In this document: positions 50,219 through 60,428 of the stretch, piece by piece
Numbering within the stretch: position 1 is the first letter of the stretch
Layout of the letters: each line of letters begins with the position of its first letter
From: Rickettsiales bacterium
GTDB lineage: Bacteria; Pseudomonadota; Alphaproteobacteria; G027485855
Direction: 5' to 3'
NCBI GenBank assembly: GCA_027485855.1
Contig: JAIXQD010000021.1
Location: 178,700-242,699, forward strand
Length of the DNA: 64,000 nt
Made by a program: the position numbers and the translations under genes
The notes under the pieces: model-generated
Seen by the model: only the letters and a program-made list of their open reading frames with translations
Databases searched by the model: none
What the model was told of the DNA's origin: nothing

Positions 50219-53200
50219 TTATCTTTCACGTTCATCGCGACCGCGCCCGCCGATATCTGGCGGCACATGACGCTGATTAGAAAGATCGGCCGCTTGCTTT
50301 GCAGCATCACTGGCTCTATCTGCTTCACGGCCAGAGCGCTCAGCGCCACGCTCAGCTCTGCCGGCATCTTCACGCGTAGAGTCTGTCGATACATTGGGGT
50401 TGCTCGGAGTGCCCGCGCCCGCTGGCGAGGGCGTGCCCAAGCCACCCGTGCCGCCACCCGTGCCACCGCTGCCACCACCACCTGTGCCGCCCCCCATCAA
50501 ACCCATCGCAGCGCCGCCAGCGCCACCACCACCGGTGCCACCGCCACCGCCGCCAGTGGTGGGCATATCGGGGCTATCATTATTATTTGGGCCCCTGTTA
50601 TTTGGTCCGCCGCCAGAGCCAGGTGGGGCATTACCGCCGCCAAAGCCAAGCATGGCCGGCACCGAGCGCCCCAAGCTGCTGACATCATTAATGGCCCCAG
50701 GCAGAGCCTTGGTGACAGCACCCAACTGACCACCCAACGTATTGGCATACATAACGCCAGCAACGCTGTTGATATCATGCTGCGGGGCAATACTCTTGAG
50801 ACTTTCGCCGCCAATCCACTTCATCGCGGCATCGGGAATGACCTCAATCATATCAAGGCATTTCAACACCAGCCAGTAGCCGATAAATAAATAGAAGATC
50901 GAGTAAATAAAGCGCGTCAGCACATTGGTGTTAACGCCCGCTATGTGGCTATCCAAAACCACTGTTTCGTAAAACATGGTGAGAAAGCTCAGCACGGTAT
51001 TGGCCGCTAAAATGGCTACCACCAAGCCCAAAATAGTCATGATGGGGCGCACAAAAGTCGAGAAAATCAGAAAATAGCCGCGCCGCGCATAATCACCCGG
51101 AATGCCACCGCCTTTGGGGTTGATATGCGCCAAGGCCAATAATGGCAAGCACACAACCGCCTCCATCACATTGACCACCCAGCTTAAAATACCAAAAATA
51201 AATTTGATAAAAGGCAGCAAGGGCAGCAAAAAGCCGACCAAGAGCGACGCGGTTAAACCGACAATAATGATAAACCACAAGATAGATTTAACGAGGTTTT
51301 TAATCCCATCTGGCATAGAGGCCAATGCCGTGCTGGCCAGCGCCAACCCAACACCCTGACGCACCGACACATCTTCAGACACTGCGCCAAGCCCAACAAA
51401 GCCCGCCCAGCGCGCCCAAAAATTAACGTCCGCACCCGCAGCAATGGCCATAAGGTTGATTGACCAATAAAATTTCTCCATGCCGATTTGCACAAATGAG
51501 CCAAACGCATCACCCGAGGAGAGCGTTAGCACATTGCTGTAAAAACTATTCTCTAGCCATGCGCCAATACCGCCCGCTGTTGCACCAGGGGCGCCGGGCG
51601 CTGTGGCATTAGCCAGCTCTTTTTGCCAAAGGCCGGTTTTCATATCGTTTGTCGAGAGCGCCGTCACCACCGCTTGCATAGGGTCGCTCGGTGTTTCAGT
51701 TTCGCCGCGATCGGCAGGGTTGATGCCACTTGGCGCATCAACATTGATAAAATTAAGACTGCTAATCACCGTTTTGGCAATGTCGGCCGCGGCATAACCA
51801 TCGCCGACGAGTTGTGCCGTATCAGCGGGCTGCGGCGCGATATTGACCACTTGCGTGAGCAAATTTTGCCGGCGCGATAAAATGTTAAAATAAGCACCTG
51901 CCTCAACCCAGCCTAGTTTTTTGTCACTATTCACCAACTGGTCTTCCGATACTGTGCCTTGTGCCGTGGCAAGCGGCTCAAAGTAAGTGCGGGCACGCAA
52001 AGCAATTTCGCGGTGATAGTCATCAATCAGCTGATAAAAATTAGTGGCCAAGCTTGCCGGCGGGCGCTGTCCGGCATTAGCAGAGTCGCTGGCAGGGTGG
52101 AAATAACTTGCCACAGTGGCACCGGCTTGAAACGCCTGCTGCAAATATTGACTGGATGAGGCTTGCTGTATCGCATTAAAGCCGCGCAGGGTTTGCGCCA
52201 GTGTGTCATTGCCTGCACCTGCTGTGCTGATGTTATTCATCATCACCCGACCACAAATTGGCTGCGCGCCCTGCTCACGCACAACATAGGGCATAATCAG
52301 TGGCACCTGACCGGTATTGTCGGAGGCCAGACCCGGCGGCAACTGACTTAAGCCCAGTTGATAAAGCTGCGGCGGCTCTATACCCGTCACTTGTGATTGA
52401 TAAATGTGTGATTGATAACAAACGCCAATACGATAGGCCGCCAAAAATGCCTCGCTCGAGCGCGGAATAGACGGCATGCTGATTTGTGTGGTTTGGTTAC
52501 TGGCGGTGGTGAATTTATCCCAAGCATAGCTGGCAAAACCCGAGCCCCACTCGGCCACTTTTAAAATAACATACTGCCCCGAATTCAGCCCGCTGGTCAT
52601 TGGCACTAAAAGGCCAATCGCCACAACCAGACGCAGCGGCCCCCAAATTTGATCGGCTTCGCCAAAGGGTTTGCCCTTATGGGCGGTTTCAGCAATCATC
52701 ACCACAAGATGATAAAGCAAAATAGCCGAGCCAATCACCAACATGCCAACGCTAAATGTGCGCAGCAATTCTTTGAGCGCTAACTGAATGGCATTACCAA
52801 ACATGCCCAAATCATCGATGCGGGCAAATTCTGGACTAAGCGCAAATAAATGTGACAACCAGCGCGAGCCACCATCTGTGGGGGCAGGCGTAAACATATC
52901 CGGTGAGGCGGGCGGGGTTTGCGCTTGCGCACTGCCTGCTAAAATAGAGGTTATCAATAAAACAAACACCAGCATAAAGCCCAAGCAAAGTGCGGTTAAA
53001 ATACCTAAAGCCAAAAGCGGAAAAATCTGCTCATGGGTTTTGGGCGTAAAGCGCCAACCATCGAGCAGCACACCGAATAAACGTAACTGCGCTGTAGGAC
53101 GGCTTTCTAAATAATCTTTTGGCAAAGCCCGAAAAGAAATCAGCACCAAAGCTAAGTTCAGCACCAGCATTTGCCAGGCTTCAAGAAAGCTGCGCACCGA

Positions 53201-53290
53201 ACGGCCCAAGCCAAATTGTGGGATAAGGCCAAAAAATGACCGCTTGGGGCTTGGGGCTGAAGCGTTTGACTTGGGTGGTTCTGCGCTCAC
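50219..53290 (-). CDS. dotA: DotA/TraY family type IVB secretion membrane protein
   Basis: ETAHKGKPFG, WGPLRLVVAIGLLVP, GW.EAGAYF, LPLLPFI.F..G...W...V.EAV..PL.ALAH, RP...ILGL; Gly-rich tail. Confidence 0.85.
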   Translation of the reverse strand: MSAEPPKSNASAPSPKRSFFGLIPQFGLGRSVRSFLEAWQMLVLNLALVLISFRALPKDYLESRPTAQLRLFGVLLDGWRFTPKTHEQIFPLLALGILTALCLGFMLVFVLLITSILAGSAQAQTPPASPDMFTPAPTDGGSRWLSHLFALSPEFARIDDLGMFGNAIQLALKELLRTFSVGMLVIGSAILLYHLVVMIAETAHKGKPFGEADQIWGPLRLVVAIGLLVPMTSGLNSGQYVILKVAEWGSGFASYAWDKFTTASNQTTQISMPSIPRSSEAFLAAYRIGVCYQSHIYQSQVTGIEPPQLYQLGLSQLPPGLASDNTGQVPLIMPYVVREQGAQPICGRVMMNNISTAGAGNDTLAQTLRGFNAIQQASSSQYLQQAFQAGATVASYFHPASDSANAGQRPPASLATNFYQLIDDYHREIALRARTYFEPLATAQGTVSEDQLVNSDKKLGWVEAGAYFNILSRRQNLLTQVVNIAPQPADTAQLVGDGYAAADIAKTVISSLNFINVDAPSGINPADRGETETPSDPMQAVVTALSTNDMKTGLWQKELANATAPGAPGATAGGIGAWLENSFYSNVLTLSSGDAFGSFVQIGMEKFYWSINLMAIAAGADVNFWARWAGFVGLGAVSEDVSVRQGVGLALASTALASMPDGIKNLVKSILWFIIIVGLTASLLVGFLLPLLPFIKFIFGILSWVVNVMEAVVCLPLLALAHINPKGGGIPGDYARRGYFLIFSTFVRPIMTILGLVVAILAANTVLSFLTMFYETVVLDSHIAGVNTNVLTRFIYSIFYLFIGYWLVLKCLDMIEVIPDAAMKWIGGESLKSIAPQHDINSVAGVMYANTLGGQLGAVTKALPGAINDVSSLGRSVPAMLGFGGGNAPPGSGGGPNNRGPNNNDSPDMPTTGGGGGGTGGGGAGGAAMGLMGGGTGGGGSGGTGGGTGGLGTPSPAGAGTPSNPNVSTDSTREDAGRAERGAERSGREADRASDAAKQAADLSNQRHVPPDIGGRGRDERER

Positions 53291-53380
53291 GCAATATCCT
53301 AATCTTTGTGCAAATGGCTATACATCAAAGGACGAATGTTAACAAAACGGTATTAGTTGCACAATACTACTGTCATTTAA

Positions 53381-54166
53381 ATGGCAGATGGTCAAACAAG
53401 CAAAGATGAATTAAGTTTTGTTGTGTCCAACGCAAATACCACAAAACTCGGCTTAACCCAGCATGATTGGCTGAAAACTTTGGCATTATTGCTAATGTTG
53501 GTCGATCATTTGGGCTTTTTTGTGTTTATGCAAGAGCCGTGGCTACGCGTTATTGGCCGTGGAGCCGCCCCCATATGGCTCTTTTTGCTGGGCTATTCAT
53601 TGAGCCGTAAACTCGATGCTTGGCTGTGGATTTATGGCCTCGCACTTATAGCCGTGTGGGGTAGTTTGGGCCTGCCTTTTGGGGCGCTAAATATTCTTTG
53701 GACGATTATTATAACAAGGCTGTTTATGCAGCTTTGGCTGAAATATGACGGCCAGCTAAATTGGCGAATAGGCTTGTGGTTACTGGGTTTGGCCACCCTC
53801 ATACAGCCCACCAATGATATTTTTGAATATGGCACGCTAGGCCCCATTTTTGCCCTTAGTGGCTATTATGTGCGACAAAAACCACAGCAAATTAGCGGTG
53901 CGCTCATTTTGGCTTTTGCTTTATCGGCGCATTTTTGGCTGGCCGAACAGGTTTTTGCCTTCAAAGATGCTCATCTTTATGGATTATTGCTGTTTTTAGG
54001 CATAATCGGGCTTGTGCTTTATAATTTTAAGGCGGGCGAGTGGCAGGTTAAAATGACTCAATCGCTTTATGGGCTGTTTAAAATGGGTGGGCGATATAGC
54101 GTGCATTTTTACTTCTGGCACCAGATGCCCTTGCTTTTATTGCTATTTTACACATTTAAATTATAG
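53381..54166 (+). CDS. TraX/TrbP-type pilin acetyltransferase-like membrane protein
   Basis: DWLKTLALLLMLVDH, RVIGRGAAPIW, NILWT, EYG, FYFWH pattern of the TraX family. Confidence 0.72.
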   Translation: MADGQTSKDELSFVVSNANTTKLGLTQHDWLKTLALLLMLVDHLGFFVFMQEPWLRVIGRGAAPIWLFLLGYSLSRKLDAWLWIYGLALIAVWGSLGLPFGALNILWTIIITRLFMQLWLKYDGQLNWRIGLWLLGLATLIQPTNDIFEYGTLGPIFALSGYYVRQKPQQISGALILAFALSAHFWLAEQVFAFKDAHLYGLLLFLGIIGLVLYNFKAGEWQVKMTQSLYGLFKMGGRYSVHFYFWHQMPLLLLLFYTFKL

Positions 54167-54301
54167 GATTTTAAATCGCGGCTTGTTTGCTGCAAATTGT
54201 TGTGCATAATTAATAAACTATTCAGCACCACATGTTGAAATGGATAAAGGGCAACATATAATTGCCCCAAATATCCGATAGATTTTATTTATAGACAATG
54301 A

Positions 54302-55288
54302 ATGGATTGCATGCCGCTTAAAAAGTCGCCTTTGCTTTATAACAATAGCCACAAGTCAAAATGTGGCCTTGAAGATGTGTGGCTGCTCACCTTAAGCTTT
54401 TTAGCGCTTTTTGCTTTTCCTGACATTGCCTTTGCGCAAAGCGATAATATCGGTAAGGCCGTAAAGCTGAGCGCCGATCAGATTGGCACCTTGGTCAATA
54501 TCGTCAATATTATGGCTTATACGGCGGGCGCCATGATGTGTGCCGGCGCGCTCATGAAGCTAAAAAAACATGCTGAATCGCCGCAAAACTACCCGATGTC
54601 GGCGGCCTTATGGCGCCTTGGTGGCGCGGCATGCTTAATGGCGCTGCCTTGGGCGACAAGCTTTGTTGTGGAAACAGTTTTGGGTGGCAATGCCAGCAAA
54701 GGCGGCGTTACCGGCACACCAGGTAAAGTCACTGCCGCTGTTGCGGGCGAGGTGCCTGGGCTTGATGTTTTGCTGCAAAACTTTGTTGGCAATATACAGC
54801 AGCCTATTTTATGGCTGTTAGGCGTTGTTTGCTATTTGCTGGGCGCCATCATGCTGATGCAGGGCATTTTGGCCATGTCAAAATTTGGCCAAGACCAAAA
54901 AGCCACTACCAACGCCATCATGACCAAAATGGTTTTTGCGGCGGTGCTTTTAGCGGCGCCACAAGCTTTTACCGCTATTACCGGCAGTATTTTTGGCGGC
55001 GGCAATTTGCCAACTAACCTAGTTTTATCTTATATGCCCAATAGCGGCGATGGGTCGAGCCAGTTTAATGCGGCGCTTGGGGCTGCACTTAATTTTATTC
55101 AGATTATTGGCTATATCGCCTTTGTGCGTGGTTGGTTTGTGCTGCGCAAAGCCATTGAGGGCGACGGGCAGGCCAGTAAAGCCGGCGGCATTACTCATAT
55201 TGTGGGCGGCGCTTTGGCGGTTAATATTCATGCCACCTTAAATGCTGTGCAAAATACTTTGGGTGTTAATCTGGTGACTGTGACCTAG
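54302..55288 (+). CDS. IcmC/DotE (TraQ)-like protein with an N-terminal IcmD-like repeat
   Basis: C-terminal IQIIGYIAFVRGWFVL...GITHIVGGALAVNI matches IcmC as recalled; first repeat KLKKHAE...ALPW mirrors the next two genes; start uncertain. Confidence 0.7.
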   Translation: MDCMPLKKSPLLYNNSHKSKCGLEDVWLLTLSFLALFAFPDIAFAQSDNIGKAVKLSADQIGTLVNIVNIMAYTAGAMMCAGALMKLKKHAESPQNYPMSAALWRLGGAACLMALPWATSFVVETVLGGNASKGGVTGTPGKVTAAVAGEVPGLDVLLQNFVGNIQQPILWLLGVVCYLLGAIMLMQGILAMSKFGQDQKATTNAIMTKMVFAAVLLAAPQAFTAITGSIFGGGNLPTNLVLSYMPNSGDGSSQFNAALGAALNFIQIIGYIAFVRGWFVLRKAIEGDGQASKAGGITHIVGGALAVNIHATLNAVQNTLGVNLVTVT

Positions 55289-55385
55289 CTTATAAGTGTA
55301 AATTCTGTGGACGAAAATAAAGATTCTATTTATCATTGTGTTTTAGTATAAGTTTCTGAAATAAGCTTTTGGACGGAGGGATCCT

Positions 55386-55769
55386 ATGAATATGTCAAAA
55401 ACGACAGCACAAAATTACCTATTCGGCGCACTCGCAGCGGCTGTCGTATTTGCCGCCATGCCGTCTGATGCTTTTGCCACTGTGACAAACCTTGCTGGCA
55501 TGCAAAATCAGGTTAAAACTCAAGCTGGTGGTCTGACCAATATCGTTAGCATGGTTTGCTACACTGTTGGCACCATGCTTTCTGGCCTTGGCGTTTATAA
55601 GCTTAAAAAACACGCCGAGAATGCCGCGCAAGTGCCGCTTAACCAGCCACTCACTGCCCTTGGCGTTGGCGCTGGCTTGCTGAGCCTGCCATGGATTACC
55701 AGCTTTGCCACAAGCACTGTTGGTACAGGCACACAGAAAGCGGCCTTTACTAACTTCAACGCGTTCTAA
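55386..55769 (+). CDS. IcmD/DotP (pilin-like) protein, copy 1
   Basis: Signal-like AFA|T, two hydrophobic helices flanking YKLKKH.EN..QVPL; GGAGG RBS; position between icmC and icmJ. Confidence 0.72.
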   Translation: MNMSKTTAQNYLFGALAAAVVFAAMPSDAFATVTNLAGMQNQVKTQAGGLTNIVSMVCYTVGTMLSGLGVYKLKKHAENAAQVPLNQPLTALGVGAGLLSLPWITSFATSTVGTGTQKAAFTNFNAF

Positions 55770-55820
55770 AGCTTAAAAAAAACCATCATCCATTTATTAT
55801 AACCATAGGGAGACATACCA

Positions 55821-56195
55821 ATGAAACAACAAACGACTAACTACCTTTTCGGCGCACTTGCAGCGGCTGTCGTATTTGCCGCCATGCCGTCTGACGCTTT
55901 TGCTACTGTGGCAAACCTTGCTGGCATGGAAAATCAGGTTAAAAGCCAAGCCGGTGGTTTGACCAATATCGTCAGCATGGTATGCTACACTGTTGGCACC
56001 ATGCTTTCGGGCCTTGGTGTTTATAAGCTTAAAAAACACGCAGAGAACGCCGCGCAAGTGCCGCTTAACCAGCCGCTCACCGCCCTTGGCGTTGGCGCTG
56101 GCTTGCTGAGCCTGCCTTGGATTACCAGCTTTGCCACAAGCACTGTTGGTACAGGCACACAAAAAGCGGCCTTTACTAACTTCAACGCGTTCTAA
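55821..56195 (+). CDS. IcmD/DotP (pilin-like) protein, copy 2
   Basis: Nearly identical to copy 1; GGAG RBS. Confidence 0.72.
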   Translation: MKQQTTNYLFGALAAAVVFAAMPSDAFATVANLAGMENQVKSQAGGLTNIVSMVCYTVGTMLSGLGVYKLKKHAENAAQVPLNQPLTALGVGAGLLSLPWITSFATSTVGTGTQKAAFTNFNAF

Positions 56196-56227
56196 ATTTT
56201 AATGCCTAAACCAAGCAGATTTTAGCT

Positions 56228-56971
56228 GTGAAGGCATTTTTAGATATTGCTCTCGCCGTCAACCGTCCCGTTGACGGCGAGACTGTTTCTGGCGGGCCCT
56301 CAGGTCTTTTGGGGGCTGGCCTTTTGGGCGGCAATAAAGGCGCCAAGCGCAGCGAATGGCCCAAAATCAGGGCCGAGGTTTTGCGCCGCGATGATTTTAG
56401 TTGCCAGTTTTGTGGCTTCCGCTCGGAGCGCTATCAAAAAGTTATCCCGCTACCCGGCAGCAAAGCTATTTTACGCGCCGATAAATTAGTAACGGCCTGT
56501 ATTTTTTGTGAGCAATGCTTTGATATTGAAAGCGTTGGCCAACATAATGCGGGCGTTTTGCTATGGCTGCCTGAAATAACCCAAGCACAACTGCATCATA
56601 TTGCGCGGGCTATTTATGTTGCCCGCATTGCCGATGAAACTGCACAAAGCAAAGCTGTGCGCGATGCGGCCACCACGGCCTTCGACCAGCTATTATCACG
56701 CCGCAGCGAGTGCAAACGCCGCCTGGGCACCGATGACCCGCTGGTGCTGGCCAGTGTGTTGCAAGAGGGGCTTGATGACAGCCAATATGTTGAGCGCAAA
56801 GCCAAGCTAGAAGGTGTGCGCTTGATGCCGCTGCCCAAACGCATGGTACGCAGCAAAGAGGGCGAGAGCGACCAGTTCCCTGAAATTATCAGCTATTATG
56901 CCAGCCTTGAGGGCGCCTATGCCGCCTACCCCTTCGATAGCTGGGCCGAAGCCTTAAACACGGCCGCTTAA
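56228..56971 (+). CDS. icmJ: IcmJ/DotN-like Zn-binding (HNH-fold) protein
   Basis: VLRRDDFSCQFCGF, LVTACIFCEQC, LLWLPEITQAQLHHIAR, EGVRLMP. Confidence 0.82.
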   Translation: MKAFLDIALAVNRPVDGETVSGGPSGLLGAGLLGGNKGAKRSEWPKIRAEVLRRDDFSCQFCGFRSERYQKVIPLPGSKAILRADKLVTACIFCEQCFDIESVGQHNAGVLLWLPEITQAQLHHIARAIYVARIADETAQSKAVRDAATTAFDQLLSRRSECKRRLGTDDPLVLASVLQEGLDDSQYVERKAKLEGVRLMPLPKRMVRSKEGESDQFPEIISYYASLEGAYAAYPFDSWAEALNTAA

Positions 56972-56977
56972 AAAGTG

Positions 56978-57247
56978 CTATTCTGTTTCATCAAATTTAT
57001 TGGCCACAAGATTATCGATAGCCACAAGTGCGGCCTCGGCATCAGGCCCTGTTGCTGAAAAGACCAGCTCGCTGCCAAAGGGCGCGGCTAAAGTAAGCAC
57101 ATCTAAAATTGACTGGGCTTCTACTTTTTGTCCGCCAAAACTAAGCCAGAGCTGCACGTTAAACTGCGCCACGCATTGCACCAATTTGCTGGCCGCGCGC
57201 GCATGTAAGCCGCGCTGATTAATAAGCCGCAAGCGCCGCTCTTGCAC
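56978..57247 (-). CDS. ptsH: HPr/NPr phosphocarrier
   Basis: INQRGLHARAAS, AQSILDVLTLAA. Confidence 0.93.
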   Translation of the reverse strand: MQERRLRLINQRGLHARAASKLVQCVAQFNVQLWLSFGGQKVEAQSILDVLTLAAPFGSELVFSATGPDAEAALVAIDNLVANKFDETE

Positions 57248-57649
57248 TTAACTGCCTGTTTGCAGCAATTGCGAAGCAACATTCATGAAGCGCCGACCGG
57301 CATCACGCGCTTCTTCAACCGCCTCTGACAAAGGTTTTTGGCGCAATTGCACCAGCTTAATCAGCATCGGCAAATTAACGCCAGCCACAACTTCAATGGC
57401 ACCCGGCTGCATCAGTGAAATGGCTAAATTGCTGGGCGTGCCGCCAAATAAATCGGTAATCAAGGCCACGCCCTGCCCGCCATCGCAGGCTTTAATGGCG
57501 TCCTCTACTTCATTGCGTTTTTGCTGCATGTCATCGCCCAATTGCATACTAACGGCATGCATTTGTGCTTGCGCACCCATAATTTGCGTGAGTGCGGCTA
57601 AAAATTCGCGCCCCAATTGACCATGTGTCACCAGAACAATACCAATCAT
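57248..57649 (-). CDS. PTS EIIA mannose/fructose-type component
   Basis: MIGIVLVTHG, TDLFGGTPSN, GVNLPMLI. Confidence 0.93.
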   Translation of the reverse strand: MIGIVLVTHGQLGREFLAALTQIMGAQAQMHAVSMQLGDDMQQKRNEVEDAIKACDGGQGVALITDLFGGTPSNLAISLMQPGAIEVVAGVNLPMLIKLVQLRQKPLSEAVEEARDAGRRFMNVASQLLQTGS

Positions 57650-57750
57650 TTTTGCTCTCCCCTACTTCATTCTACTGTTGGCATAACGGAAAGCAAGGAC
57701 ACTGGCAAGAGCAGCGCCCCAAAGCCGATAAGAATTATGCGATCATGGCC

Positions 57751-57987
57751 CTAAACTAAAATATCGAGCAAGCGCTGCTGCATATCTTTGGCCACTTCAG
57801 CCACTTTGATATTAGCCGAGAAACCGATTTGCGCTTGCTTAAGATCGACCACATCTTGCACAAGATTGGCGGTTGAATTACCGGCACCCGCGGCCCCTGT
57901 TTGCGCAATATTGCCAGCGGCTTTCTCGGCGAGAGCCGTATTGATTGAAAGGCCGCGAAGGGCTGAAGAAAGTGCGCTATCAAGCAT
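57751..57987 (-). CDS. Small protein resembling fused flagellar rod/hook N- and C-terminal segments
   Basis: ALSSALRGL...AAGNIA and LVQDVVDLKQAQIGFSANIKV...DM...LLDI. Confidence 0.75.
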   Translation of the reverse strand: MLDSALSSALRGLSINTALAEKAAGNIAQTGAAGAGNSTANLVQDVVDLKQAQIGFSANIKVAEVAKDMQQRLLDILV

Positions 57988-58020
57988 AGCTACACTATAA
58001 AGCACAAAGCTTAACGGACG

Positions 58021-59655
58021 TTAAACATTTTCAGCTAAGGGCAGCTCAACCGTAAATATGGCGCCGATAATTTGCCCGTCAGCATCTAAATTATTGGCCG
58101 CATAAATGCGCCCGCCATGCGCCTCGATAATTTGCCGCGCAATAGAAAGGCCAAGACCCGAATGCTGGCCAAATTTTTCGGTTTTAGGGCGCTCTGAGTA
58201 AAACCGGTCAAACACGGCCTCAAGCTTTTGTGGCGGGATACCCGGGCCAGAATCTATCACTTTTATTATCGCCCGATTTTCGCTGGCAGTTAAAATCATT
58301 TGCACGGGCGCCGTTGCCGGCGAAAAAGACAAAGCATTATCGAGCAGATTTTGCAGCACCTGACTAAAGCGCCCCGTTACCAAGCGGGCATAAACAGGCT
58401 CGCTGGGCAGTTGCAATTGCACCGATGCCTCGCCACGCTCGGCACGCACTGTGTAATGGTCGGCGATGCTGCTTAAAAGGGGGCCCAAGGCTTGTGCGGT
58501 CAGCGCAGCGCGACTGAGCTCAGCATCGAGGCGTGAGGCGCTGGCAATATCGGTGATGAGGCGATCGAGCCTTTGGCAATCATCAAGAATAATCGCCACA
58601 AGTTTTTTTTGTTTTTCAGGATTGTTGACTTTCTCAAGCGTTTCGACCGCACTGCGCATTGAGGTGAGTGGGTTTTTCAGCTCATGCGCCACGTCTGCAG
58701 CAAAGCGCTCGATGGCGTCTAGCTTTTGTGCCAAAGCATCGGTCATATCACGCAGTGCTTGCGATAAATCGCCAATTTCGTCACCACGATGCCCGAGATT
58801 GGGTATTTCGGTGACGCGCTGTTTGCTAAAGCGCACCCTATCGGCCGCAATCGAGAGTAAATGAATAGGCCGCGCAATGGCGCGCGCTAAGTAATAAGAC
58901 ATCAGCAAGGTGAGGCTGAGCGTAAAAATAAAAATGCGCAGAATATCCATGCGCACACTGCGAATGGTTTTCTCAACTTCGTCCCCTGCCCGCACCACTT
59001 GCACCACGCCCAAAACCTGCTTGTAGCGGGTTACGGGCACAGCCACAGTCATAACCATACCCTGGTCTTGCGTATTCCATAATTGTCGGCCAACCTCGCC
59101 CGAAAGTGCGGCGACAACATCGGGGAAGTTTTTGCCCCGCACACGCCGTTTTTCAACATAATCTGGCCAGTAGCCGCGCCCTGGCAGCCAATCTATCAGG
59201 CGATACCATTGCCGACTAAGATTGCGCACCCATTGCGGATAGGCATTGGGCTCTGGCAGGGTTTCAATTTCAATAAGGCCGCCAGGGCCCATTAATTTAC
59301 GGCTATCGGCCACAACGCGACCATCGAGCGCAAAGAGACGCGTGCGCGTATCGGTGGCCTCCACCAAGCGGCGCACAATGATGCGCGCTTCGGCATTTTG
59401 CAGCTTGGCTACTTCATTATCATCAAGCTCGACCGCGCCCTCACCGAGCGATGCCGCAAAAATAAGCGCCTCGGTTTCAAGCTTGTCTAATTCGGTGCGG
59501 ATAAAACTGGCCTCATAACGCGATAAATAAAGCACCGCCAGCAACAGCAGCAACAAAGCCAAGCTGTTTATCGCCATAATGCGGCGCGTTAAAGGGGAGA
59601 GGCGCCGCTTATGTCGCGGATTATCACGCTTCGCGGAAACGGTAGCCAACGCCAT
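58021..59655 (-). CDS. chvG: Sensor histidine kinase ChvG/ExoS
   Basis: SPLTRRI...N, HAMP (RGDEIGDLS), [34 protein letters not shown]. Confidence 0.93.
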   Translation of the reverse strand: MALATVSAKRDNPRHKRRLSPLTRRIMAINSLALLLLLLAVLYLSRYEASFIRTELDKLETEALIFAASLGEGAVELDDNEVAKLQNAEARIIVRRLVEATDTRTRLFALDGRVVADSRKLMGPGGLIEIETLPEPNAYPQWVRNLSRQWYRLIDWLPGRGYWPDYVEKRRVRGKNFPDVVAALSGEVGRQLWNTQDQGMVMTVAVPVTRYKQVLGVVQVVRAGDEVEKTIRSVRMDILRIFIFTLSLTLLMSYYLARAIARPIHLLSIAADRVRFSKQRVTEIPNLGHRGDEIGDLSQALRDMTDALAQKLDAIERFAADVAHELKNPLTSMRSAVETLEKVNNPEKQKKLVAIILDDCQRLDRLITDIASASRLDAELSRAALTAQALGPLLSSIADHYTVRAERGEASVQLQLPSEPVYARLVTGRFSQVLQNLLDNALSFSPATAPVQMILTASENRAIIKVIDSGPGIPPQKLEAVFDRFYSERPKTEKFGQHSGLGLSIARQIIEAHGGRIYAANNLDADGQIIGAIFTVELPLAENV

Positions 59656-60325
59656 AAAGAGTTTCTATATGATTGAAATCATCATCGACCACTTTAAACT
59701 TTTTGCGAATGCGCTTAACGTGACTATCAATGGTGCGGTCATCAACATAAATCGCTTCGCCATAAGCTAAATCCATCAGCTGATCGCGGTTTTTAACATG
59801 CCCTGGGCGCTGCGCTAACGCTTTAACCAGCAAAAACTCGGTCACCGTTAAATCGACCGGCTTATCTTGCCATAAGCACAAATGACGGTCGGTATCGAGC
59901 GTGAGCGGCCCACGAACCATCACGCTTTCGGGGTTGCTCTTGGCGTTTTTATTTTGTCGTTGCGCATCGCGCCGCAATAAAGTGCGGATACGCTCGATAA
60001 GCAGCCGCTGCGAAAACGGCTTGGTGATGTAGTCATCGGCACCCATGCGCAGACCCATCAGCTCGTCCAGCTCTTCGTCTTTTGAGGTCAGGAAAATAAC
60101 CGGCATCTGGCTGTGGTTACGCAATTTTGCCAATAGCTCTAAGCCATTAAGGCGCGGCATTTTAATATCGAGCACGGCACAATCGGCTGGCTGCGCCAGC
60201 AACGAGCGCAACGCCTCTTCGCTGTCATTATAGCTGCGAATGGTGAAGCCCTCTGCTTCCAGCGCCATGGCCACAGATGTTAAAATATTCTGGTCGTCGT
60301 CAACCAATGCGATTGTTTGTGCCAT
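59624..60325 (-). CDS. chvI: Response regulator ChvI
   Basis: [41 protein letters not shown]. Confidence 0.95.
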   Translation of the reverse strand: MAQTIALVDDDQNILTSVAMALEAEGFTIRSYNDSEEALRSLLAQPADCAVLDIKMPRLNGLELLAKLRNHSQMPVIFLTSKDEELDELMGLRMGADDYITKPFSQRLLIERIRTLLRRDAQRQNKNAKSNPESVMVRGPLTLDTDRHLCLWQDKPVDLTVTEFLLVKALAQRPGHVKNRDQLMDLAYGEAIYVDDRTIDSHVKRIRKKFKVVDDDFNHIETLYGVGYRFREA

Positions 60326-60428
60326 GCGGCCCCCTTAATTGTTGGCTCTTAAAAATACGCGACGAGTATGGCATAATTTCGGCAATTGCCTATCGTCGAT
60401 TCTCGCCTTTTATGAGGGAGCCCCCTTA

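Noticed and set aside
48905-56971. Integrated conjugative element
   Set aside because: No integrase, relaxase, att repeats or compositional shift visible; flanked directly by housekeeping genes. Cannot be excluded genome-wide.
56228-56971. HNH endonuclease or defence nuclease
   Set aside because: Cys pattern and LPEITQ motif plus position after icmC/icmD fit IcmJ/DotN; catalytic His not evident.
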